Source of the DNA: Nitrososphaerota archaeon
GTDB lineage: Archaea; Thermoproteota; Nitrososphaeria; Conexivisphaerales; UBA164
DNA length: 64,000 nt
Assembly: GCA_023381255.1 (NCBI GenBank)
Contig: JAMCTX010000022.1
Location: forward strand, 19,302-83,301
Reading direction: 5' to 3'
Positions 55,277-62,715 of this stretch are shown piece by piece (within the stretch, counting starts at the first letter, position 1; each line of letters begins with the position of its first letter). A program made the translations under genes and the position numbers. A model generated the notes under the pieces. The model did not search any database. It saw nothing but the letters and a program-made list of their open reading frames with translations, and was not told the DNA's origin.

Positions 55277-56416
55277 ATGGCCCTGATAAAGGACGAGGAA
55301 GCAGAGAGGTTGATTGAAGGCTTGGATCTGAGGGCGCCTAGGGAGAAAAGCGTTGCTGTGTGCAGCGCAGCAAACATGCTGGCTTCGGCTGATGTGATAT
55401 CTCCAGTTAACCTGCCTTCAAACGATATAGCTGCCCAGGATGGATATGCTGTAAGGATCATGGAAGGCGCAAAAAGTTATACTATAACGGATTCAGCAGG
55501 CGAGTTAAATGCGGGTGAAGCGGTGTACACGGGAACAGGATGGCCCATTCCCAAAGGTGCAAATTCAGTGGTGAGGATAGAATCGGCAAGGGTTGACGGA
55601 AAGCTGCTCATCCCGGCAAATGAGCCCAAGCTATGGGGTGACATTGAAAGGGCGGGTGAAGATTTAACAAAGGGAACAGCTGTGTTAAGGAGGGGTAACA
55701 TCATAACCCCGTACCACGTGTCACTTCTTTCTGCTCTAGGGGTAATGGATGTGAAGGTGTTTGATATTTGCGTTGGAATTCTAAGCGTGGGAGACGAGAT
55801 AATTCCATGTGATTCCACAGGAGAAGGGATAAGGGACTCCTTAACGCCGCTGATAAAGGGGCTGATGCCCTTTGTACGGTTCATGGAAGCGCACGCCCCG
55901 GACACCAAAAGCGAAATCAGCTCGGTGATAAAGGAGTTTTCCAGAAAATGTGATATGGTGATAACAACGGGCGGTTCGTCAGTGGGGAAAAAGGACCTGA
56001 CCAAGGACGCGATAAATGATGCAGGGGAAATGGTATTCGAAGGCGTGCAGACAAATATAATCAAGAGGGGTGGAGTGGGCCTTGTTAATGGGGTACCTGT
56101 GCTTTCTCTTCCTGGCAGGGTGGTTTCTGCAGTTACGGTGTTTCATGCCCACGGGCTTCACATCATTTCAAGGCTGATTGGGTCTGAGCTTAGAAAATAC
56201 GGTGAAGTAGGGTTAGCAGAGGACATGAGGGTAAAGCACAGCATGAACTCCACTTTCCTTTTCAGAATTGAGGGCGAAAGCGCAGTGCCGCTAAAGTGGG
56301 GCTCAGGGCTCTATGGGCAAATGGTAAATGCTGATGCGTTTGCCAGGCTCGAAAGGAACAGGGAGTACAGGAAGGGGGAGAAAATCAGGGTTCAATTTCT
56401 AATAAATCATAAATAA
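55277..56416 (+). CDS. moeA: molybdopterin molybdenumtransferase MoeA
   Basis: 379 aa with AAQDGYAV, VGDEI and VITTGGSSVGKKD motifs. Confidence 0.85.
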   Translation: MALIKDEEAERLIEGLDLRAPREKSVAVCSAANMLASADVISPVNLPSNDIAAQDGYAVRIMEGAKSYTITDSAGELNAGEAVYTGTGWPIPKGANSVVRIESARVDGKLLIPANEPKLWGDIERAGEDLTKGTAVLRRGNIITPYHVSLLSALGVMDVKVFDICVGILSVGDEIIPCDSTGEGIRDSLTPLIKGLMPFVRFMEAHAPDTKSEISSVIKEFSRKCDMVITTGGSSVGKKDLTKDAINDAGEMVFEGVQTNIIKRGGVGLVNGVPVLSLPGRVVSAVTVFHAHGLHIISRLIGSELRKYGEVGLAEDMRVKHSMNSTFLFRIEGESAVPLKWGSGLYGQMVNADAFARLERNREYRKGEKIRVQFLINHK

Positions 56417-56556
56417 TAATATCCAATCCTGAAGCATTTAACAATTCAGGCTGCAATAAACAATGGTTAGCATTTTTGTTATTTTGCACATTTGGATTAA
56501 CGAAATTCCAGAAAAACATTAACAAATATTATAAATAGGAAAAAAAAGAAAATATT

Positions 56557-57201
56557 GTGCCAAGGTCTAACATAGCAGTTGACAAGCAGCTGGCCCAATG
56601 GCTTGCAAACACAGCTGAAAGCAAGAATAAACCAATTTATGCCCTTACAAATGAAATAATCAAAATTGGGCTGGACCTGATTGATGGTAAGGTTGAAATA
56701 AACGAACTGCCAACAACTGTGAAAATTATGAAAATGATGAAAGACCTGGATGTGGTGCCTGTTCCTGGCGACTTGATGGATTTGATGATAAAAATGCTCT
56801 ACTTGAGCGACAGGGAACAGCTCATGCAAATTGGATTCAGGGAAGGGGAAGAGCTTGGCAATTACTTTTCAACGTTTTACAAATCAATGGTTGAACTGAT
56901 TTCCAGCAGCAAAGATGTGCTGGTGCAGATCTTTCCGTTAAAGAGGCTTGAGCTTGAACCAACTTCAGTTAACGGGGAAAAGGCGGTTTACACCTTAAGG
57001 GCCATCGGTGTTGGAAGGTCCAGGGAAACCACGGAGTTTGTAAAGGAGGTTATGAGGGGGATGCTTTCAGTGTATAAGGAAGTTCGGGTAATTGACATAA
57101 GGTCAAACAACGGCTTTCTGGAGCTGGAGTTCCAGATGAACGTCGATGAACTAAATAAGATAGCCGGGCGCAATTTTGAAACTGAAGATTTTAGGATTTA
57201 A
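56557..57201 (+). CDS. hypothetical protein (possible RHH-like N-terminus)
   Basis: 214 aa with a GTG start. The N-terminal ...IAVDKQLAQWLANTAESKNKPIYALTNEIIKIGL resembles a ribbon-helix-helix. No firm call can be made. Confidence 0.4.
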   Translation: MPRSNIAVDKQLAQWLANTAESKNKPIYALTNEIIKIGLDLIDGKVEINELPTTVKIMKMMKDLDVVPVPGDLMDLMIKMLYLSDREQLMQIGFREGEELGNYFSTFYKSMVELISSSKDVLVQIFPLKRLELEPTSVNGEKAVYTLRAIGVGRSRETTEFVKEVMRGMLSVYKEVRVIDIRSNNGFLELEFQMNVDELNKIAGRNFETEDFRI

Positions 57202-57330
57202 CACGCTGTTAATGCTTAAAAATTTGTCAGTTTACATTGAACAAAAGTTTGAAATGTTGAACTTGGTTCGTTCAGAATAAACAAGATTTGCAGCAGCTTT
57301 AGTATGTAGAAGTTAGTAATTTTAAAAAGG

Positions 57331-57427
57331 CGCCGGGGAAGGGATTCGAACCCTTGAGGGCCGAGGCCCACTGGCTTTCCTGTTCGGGATCTCGAGGCCA
57401 GCCCTTTAACCACTCAGGCACCCCGGC
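57331..57427 (-). tRNA. tRNA-Ser (anticodon CGA) with a ~14-nt intron at the canonical 37/38 position
   Basis: Reverse-complement fold: acceptor GCCGGGG/CCCCGGC; anticodon stem CTGGC/GCCAG enclosing 21 nt (CT-CGA-G + ATCCCGAACAGGAA + A); variable arm GGGCC-TC-GGCCC; T arm AAGGG-TTCGAAT-CCCTT. A T5 run follows immediately downstream. Confidence 0.8.
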
Positions 57428-57431
57428 ACGG

Positions 57432-57731
57432 TCAACCCTTCCATAGGCCTATGGCAAGGCCTACAAGGAAAAGCACAGGAAGGCCCACAGCAAAGCTTGG
57501 CGCCCTGCTGAGAAGGTATCCCAGAAAGGTCACAAGCTTTGAAATCAGCAAACTGGCGGAAACTCCTGGGAGCGATATCCCCACATATGTGGCTATCACG
57601 GCTCCTATTATGAACAGGATGAATGACATAATGCCCTTTTTTATCGCTACCCCAAAAAGCAGCCCGTCGGCAAACGTCAGAATAAGGTAAAGAATGCTCT
57701 GATAGCTGGACGGAATGGCAAACGCTGTCAT
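57432..57731 (-). CDS. small membrane protein (3 predicted TM helices)
   Basis: 99 aa, strongly hydrophobic, with no motif recognised. Confidence 0.45.
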   Translation of the reverse strand: MTAFAIPSSYQSILYLILTFADGLLFGVAIKKGIMSFILFIIGAVIATYVGISLPGVSASLLISKLVTFLGYLLSRAPSFAVGLPVLFLVGLAIGLWKG

Positions 57732-57779
57732 GCTGATTCCATAATAAACTAACGCCTTAAAAACGTTTATGAACGCCTG

Positions 57780-58733
57780 CTAAAAAAGCGCCAGAAAAAG
57801 GAATCCCACCGCCATGACAATAATGAGCGCATAGTACATGTTCTTCCTGTTCCTGGATAAAGGCGTAACTGTGTCCAGCGGATTTGTAAAGCCCATCGAT
57901 CCCTGCGCAAAGATAATGATCAGAGCAAATACAAAAAACCCCATCAGAGACATCAGCATTACGCTGAGAAGGTCCATTCCCAGGCTCCTGTTTCTTACGC
58001 TGTCAACCATCAGCCCGCCGTCCAGCTGCCACGTGGGAAGGAAATTTACAAATGTTATTGTAAATGCAAACAGCGAACCGGAAATCAGCGGGTTGCCAAA
58101 ATTGATGTACTGCCCTATAAGGTACGACATTATGGTTATGCCGGGCTTTGATATTGAAGCCAGGGGCAGAAGGTTGCCGACCAGGATATAGGGGATGACC
58201 GAAACCAGGGCCAGAACTATGCTGGTAAAGCCCAGGTCGAACTGCTGGTCCCTGTTAACCGGGAAGGCACTGGGTGAAGTTATAAATCCCATGAACGGCA
58301 CTATGGCAGGAATGCCGGGCACCATGTATGAAAAGCCGCCGGGCCCCCACTTCCTGTTTGCCACGATCCTCCCAGCTTCATGAAGCGCTAATAGGGAAAG
58401 CACGGGCAGGGAAAAAAGCAGCAGCAATCTGTATGAATCACCCACCTGAAAATAACTGTATACCATCAGGGCCGCAACTGATACAGCAAGGAGCGCTGGC
58501 TTCAGCTTTGAGACCCTTTCTCTGGGCGCGGGCGAAACGGTTAGCGAATAGTTTCTGCCTGACTGCCTAAGCCTGGGCAAAGCTCCCGCTCCCTGAATAT
58601 CATGATAAAGCGAGATGAAAGCCTGGCTCACCTGGTCCGCGTTGACAACATACTCAAAGCCGTCTTCAAGCCTGTAAAAATCTATCACCTTAAAGTGCCT
58701 TCTAACAGCCTCTTCAACCCTAACTTCATCCAT
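57780..58733 (-). CDS. M50 (site-2 protease) family membrane protein with a non-canonical HEAGR in place of HExxH
   Basis: 317 aa with LLALHEAGRIVANRKWG and NFLPTWQLDGG (the NxxPxxxLDG motif). The Arg codon AGG was verified on the DNA. Confidence 0.65.
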   Translation of the reverse strand: MDEVRVEEAVRRHFKVIDFYRLEDGFEYVVNADQVSQAFISLYHDIQGAGALPRLRQSGRNYSLTVSPAPRERVSKLKPALLAVSVAALMVYSYFQVGDSYRLLLLFSLPVLSLLALHEAGRIVANRKWGPGGFSYMVPGIPAIVPFMGFITSPSAFPVNRDQQFDLGFTSIVLALVSVIPYILVGNLLPLASISKPGITIMSYLIGQYINFGNPLISGSLFAFTITFVNFLPTWQLDGGLMVDSVRNRSLGMDLLSVMLMSLMGFFVFALIIIFAQGSMGFTNPLDTVTPLSRNRKNMYYALIIVMAVGFLFLALF

Positions 58734-58817
58734 GGTTGTAATTCGCCATCCCGGGCATTTAACCGTTACGAAGGCTTTAAAGCAGCGCTTATATCTGTGG
58801 GTTTTTTTAGTTGGTTC

Positions 58818-59744
58818 ATGAAAATAACCGTTCTTTCTGGCGGCACTGCCGGCGCAAAGATGGCGTATGGCTTTAAAAGCGCCGGCGCAGATTTTAACGT
58901 CATAGTTAATACAGCGGACGACGAAGATGTCCTCGGGCTTTATATTTCACCGGATTTTGACTCCGTGCTTTACTCTCTCATGGACACGTTTGACTTTGAC
59001 CGGAACTGGGGGATCAAGGACGATACATTTAACTTTTTTGACTGGCTGGACCGTTATTCTTCAAAGCCGTATATAGCGCTGGGCGACAGGGACCTGGCGG
59101 TGCACGTCCTGCGCTCGTTCCTGCTTAAACGTGGGAAAACGCTTTCAGAGGCGTTCACGGAAATTGCTGCCCTCAGCGGGGTGGGGGTAAAAATACACCC
59201 CCCAAGCAATGACAGGTTAACAACGGTCGTAAAAGTTGGCGGCAACGAGCTTACATTTGAAGAGTACTTTGTAAAGAGAATTGGCGGCAGGCTGGAAAGC
59301 ATCTATGTCAAAGGATCGGAAAGGGCCAGGGCATCTCCTGAAGCTATTAACGCTATTAACGAATCGGGGGCTCTTGTGATTGCCCCGAGCAACCCGCTTG
59401 CTAGCATTTACCCAATACTGTCTGTAAGGGGGATAAGGGAAGCGGTGAGGAAATTCAAAGGCCCCAGGGTGGCAGTTTCTCCACTCAGGGGCAACGTCGC
59501 ATTTAAGGGGCCGGCAAGCAGAATGATGGGCGACCTTGGGCTCGAGGCAAATCCATACGGCGTTGCACTGCTTTACAGCGGATTTATAGATAAAATGGTG
59601 ATCGACAGCAGTGACGCCGGGCTTGCTGATTCTATCCAAAGGGCAGGAATTGAGCCCGTTATTTTTGACAGCATATACATGAAAGACAAGGGCGAAATAA
59701 GCGAATTTGTCCGAATGTTCCTCTCAAAAATCTTACTTGGTTAA
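58818..59744 (+). CDS. cofD: 2-phospho-L-lactate transferase CofD (CofD/YvcK family)
   Basis: Contains MKITVLSGGTAGAK, VNTADDEDVLGLYISPDFDSVLYSL, VIAPSNPLASIYPIL and VAVSPL motifs. The track's upstream extension (58602-58817) overlaps the M50 gene and was discarded. Confidence 0.8.
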   Translation: MKITVLSGGTAGAKMAYGFKSAGADFNVIVNTADDEDVLGLYISPDFDSVLYSLMDTFDFDRNWGIKDDTFNFFDWLDRYSSKPYIALGDRDLAVHVLRSFLLKRGKTLSEAFTEIAALSGVGVKIHPPSNDRLTTVVKVGGNELTFEEYFVKRIGGRLESIYVKGSERARASPEAINAINESGALVIAPSNPLASIYPILSVRGIREAVRKFKGPRVAVSPLRGNVAFKGPASRMMGDLGLEANPYGVALLYSGFIDKMVIDSSDAGLADSIQRAGIEPVIFDSIYMKDKGEISEFVRMFLSKILLG

Positions 59745-60056
59745 GTTGAGCTGGTTTTCCACAAAAAATGTGTCTATAAGCGTCAGGTAAGACAGGAGGA
59801 AGAACTCCAGGAATCCTGAATCACTTTCCGTGTCAAGGTTCACGTCCTCGCCCCTCATTATTTTTATGTATTTTTTTCGGCAGCGGGAGTAAATTGTCCT
59901 CAGGTTCCTTTCGCTAAGATTTATGCCAGCGCCGGCCAGTGCTTCAGAGAAACTTCGCGCAAGCCTTGTATCATAAACGCCGACCCTTATAACCTCAGAA
60001 AATGCCGTAATATAATCATACAGCTCCCCTATACCCTCAAAAGAATCGTAGTTCAT
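59733..60056 (-). CDS. hypothetical protein
   Basis: 107-aa ORF with no motif recognised. Its 3' end overlaps cofD by 12 nt. Confidence 0.35.
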   Translation of the reverse strand: MNYDSFEGIGELYDYITAFSEVIRVGVYDTRLARSFSEALAGAGINLSERNLRTIYSRCRKKYIKIMRGEDVNLDTESDSGFLEFFLLSYLTLIDTFFVENQLNLTK

Positions 60057-60157
60057 AATAGTTTACAGTTAATTGTTGCAAACAGTTTATAAACGTATAT
60101 ATTAAATAACAAAAGCCATTACAAACATTTTTTTATTTGCATTCAGTTAACTAGCGC

Positions 60158-60994
60158 ATGATAGAGCTGCAGGACCTTAGGAAAGTGTACGAAAACGGGC
60201 AGGTTGCATTAAATGGCGTGTCGGCTTCATTTAAAGGGAGGGTAACGTCCATAATAGGCAGGAATGGGGCCGGAAAGACCACCATGATGCGCATACTGTC
60301 AACGCAGCTCATTCCAACTTCAGGGTCTGCAACGATCAACGGCATGGACATATTTCATGAACAGGGCAGGATCAGGCGAAGCCTGGTCAGCATACCCCAG
60401 GAGGGGAGACCGATAGGTTTGCTTACCCCGCTTGAGCACCTGAAAATCTACCTCGCTGCAAGGGGGATGTCATTTAAGGATGCCTCAGAAGCTGCTTCAT
60501 ACGCGTTAAAAAAGCTGGAACTCTGGGAATTCAGGAACAGGCCTACCGACACCCTCTCAGGTGGAATGAAAAGAAAGCTGTTTGTGGCAATGGCAATAGC
60601 AGCAAATGCGGAAACAGTCTTCCTGGACGAGCCAACAACAGGCCTGGACCCCGTTTCAAGGCTGGAGGTCTGGTCAGCAATAAAGGAGCTCAGCTCGGAG
60701 GTTCTTTTAACGACACACTACATGGAAGAGGCCCTGGCGCTTTCAGACGAAGTGGTGTTCATGGACAATGGCATGATTATAAAGAAGGGCAAGATAGCCG
60801 AGCTTCTCAGCGATTTTGAGGGCAAAATCAGGGTTGAATCAACCCAGCCCGTGCACGGCTGGACCAGGATAGGCAACACATACATTTCCTATGCGGATAC
60901 AGACAGTGCAAGCGAATATGTCAGGAAGGGATATTCGGTTAAGCAGGTAACGCTTGAAGACCTGTTTGTGCGATATGGTGTTCAGCTTGAATAG
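60158..60994 (+). CDS. ABC transporter ATP-binding protein (ABC-2/DrrA-like), with no adjacent permease gene
   Basis: 278 aa with Walker A GRNGAGKTT, signature LSGGMKRKL, Walker B VFLDEPTTGLD and an H-loop TTHYMEE. Confidence 0.85.
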   Translation: MIELQDLRKVYENGQVALNGVSASFKGRVTSIIGRNGAGKTTMMRILSTQLIPTSGSATINGMDIFHEQGRIRRSLVSIPQEGRPIGLLTPLEHLKIYLAARGMSFKDASEAASYALKKLELWEFRNRPTDTLSGGMKRKLFVAMAIAANAETVFLDEPTTGLDPVSRLEVWSAIKELSSEVLLTTHYMEEALALSDEVVFMDNGMIIKKGKIAELLSDFEGKIRVESTQPVHGWTRIGNTYISYADTDSASEYVRKGYSVKQVTLEDLFVRYGVQLE

Positions 60995-61002
60995 TTATAG
61001 CT

Positions 61003-61287
61003 ATGGGCATAATGTTCAATGGAAATCGCATTAATTATAGTATGGTCGACATCCATAACTATGTTATGCGGTATAAATATGCAAAGCATGAGCTTGAACG
61101 TGCGGCGTTTAGCAATGATGACAAGAAATTAATTTTGCAATATTTGTCGAAACTGGAAAGCCGTGGCGTTGGCCCCGGCAGGACTGCCAAAATTAGGACA
61201 AGCCTTAACGGCTTAATGAATTTAATTCCAGACCTAAAAAAGGAAACAATTTTCTGGCTTAACGCCAGAGTAAGGCAAAGCAATTAA
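61003..61287 (+). pseudogene. integrase N-terminal (SAM-like) domain fragment; no catalytic domain follows
   Basis: MVDIHNYVMRY...DKKLILQYLSKLESRGVGPGRTAKIRTSLNGLMNLIP parallels the N-terminus of 15155-16156 (MIDIHDRKRK...). The ORF ends in AT-rich sequence full of stop codons. Confidence 0.45.
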
Positions 61288-61395
61288 GCGAATAGTAATT
61301 AATTAATTGGTGTTGGTAGCACATTACGGCAATTAGCCTTAATGGCTTTTATTATAATGCGTGGCGCTCTGTTTTAAGGCAGAGCCTTAACGGCT
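61201..61395. repeat. three copies of the 13-bp quasi-palindrome AGCCTTAAYGGCT, interleaved with GCAATTA(A/G)G repeats
   Basis: Copies lie at 61201-61213, 61335-61347 and 61383-61395. GCAATTAAG/GCAATTAGG-type strings start at about 61280, 61329 and 61400. There is also a TTAAGGC-AGA-GCCTTAA hairpin around 61374-61390. Confidence 0.7.
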
Positions 61396-61798
61396 CCAAG
61401 CAATTAGGCATTAATTCAAAAGCGTTGTTGGTAATTAAGTTAGGCGGTAATTAATTAAATAAAGTAAATAAATTAAATGAAATGCACGCCGCCTGCTTAA
61501 GTGTGTTATAAATTAGGTAAACAATGGTGACTAAAAAAAGAACGTTAGTTGCTGGCTTGATGGCAGCTTAATGCGGGGAAACCCCAAAAAACATAAAATA
61601 AAATATAAATATATTTGGGCGTATGCGCCCGCGATGAAGTGGTTGAACTCACGACTAATAAGTTCATCTATTATAACACCGTTATAGCTTATAAAGAGAC
61701 AACATTATGCATTCAGAAAAAGTCATCGTAATTTTATTTTGTATTTTTATAATTGTTTATCCATTTACAATGATTTATTATCAAAAACTTGGTTTAGT

Positions 61799-62398
61799 TC
61801 AGTAATGAGTAATCCCTACATCCTTCAAGTCGTTCTTTGTTATGGCACCTATGCTTAGCATGTACCTTATCAGACCTTCTGGCGTTTCTGGGTAGCCAAG
61901 GAAAGCACGTGATTTAGGCACGGAAAACCACAGTGCGTTCCGCTCCACAGCCTGAAATGCATCAAGGACAAGCATTCTCCTTTCAAGGTCGGTAAGCTCA
62001 TAGCCCCTTGCCTGCTCAATCTTCCCTTCAAGGTCTGTGGGAACGCCAAGGCTCACCGGCGTTGGCAATACATTTTGTTGCTGTTGTTTAGTGTCCTTTG
62101 CGTTAACCTTCAGCTTGTTTACCAGCTCTTCCGTCAGGTCAAAGTTGTTCATCTGGGCAAACCTTAGTACAAAATATAGAATATTGCCAAGTCCTTCTCC
62201 TATTTCCTTCCTTTCCTCCTTTATTATGGATTTCATTTCATCATCAGACTTAAACATAAAAAGGCCAAGGAGTTTCGCCTCCGCAGATACCCCTATTGCG
62301 AGATCCTTTGCGTTATGAACCTTCTCCAAGCCACCCTCGTCAGAGACATTCTTTGCAAGCACCTTCAGGTATTCAACCATGGTGTCTTTATCATTCAT
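61799..62398 (-). CDS. MazG-like all-alpha NTP pyrophosphohydrolase domain fused to an unknown ~90-aa C-terminal domain
   Basis: 199 aa. The N-terminal half (...AEAKLLGLFMFKSDDEM...EERKEIGEGLGNILYFVLRFAQMNNFDLTEELVNKLKVNAK) follows the MazG/dimeric dUTPase-like helix pattern. The C-terminal half has no recognised motif. Confidence 0.55.
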   Translation of the reverse strand: MNDKDTMVEYLKVLAKNVSDEGGLEKVHNAKDLAIGVSAEAKLLGLFMFKSDDEMKSIIKEERKEIGEGLGNILYFVLRFAQMNNFDLTEELVNKLKVNAKDTKQQQQNVLPTPVSLGVPTDLEGKIEQARGYELTDLERRMLVLDAFQAVERNALWFSVPKSRAFLGYPETPEGLIRYMLSIGAITKNDLKDVGITHY

Positions 62399-62438
62399 AT
62401 TGCAATTGATGAAATACTAGCTTATAATGTTAACTTTT

Positions 62439-62684
62439 CTAAGAAAATGTAGTATGTCGCCGTAAACGGGGAAACATGGCACCAGCCTCAATAACCATAG
62501 CACCAACGTCATCAAAAACTATACCATTCCCTGATTTTGGGCAGTACACCAAGATTGGCTTTTTAACAAGCAATGGCAACGTGTTCTGGGTTGCCCCATC
62601 GCCGTTCAACCCCGTAACCCAATGAATCAGCCCACTTATCGTATTATAACAAATTAAATTACTGAATTTATTGAGGTTAAACAT
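62439..62684 (-). CDS. small hypothetical protein between the OLD-like and MazG-like genes
   Basis: 81 aa, co-oriented, with 31-nt and 40-nt gaps to its neighbours. No motif recognised. Confidence 0.4.
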   Translation of the reverse strand: MFNLNKFSNLICYNTISGLIHWVTGLNGDGATQNTLPLLVKKPILVYCPKSGNGIVFDDVGAMVIEAGAMFPRLRRHTTFS

Positions 62685-62715
62685 ATTATAAAAGACTGCG
62701 AATTGAAGTCAATTG

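Noticed and set aside
57216-57413. 65-aa minus-strand ORF
   Set aside because: Most of the ORF coincides with the intron-containing tRNA-Ser(CGA) gene, so it is spurious.
58602-58817. 72-aa N-terminal extension of the CofD ORF
   Set aside because: It overlaps the M50 gene on the opposite strand. CofD-family proteins begin at MKITVLSGGT (58818).
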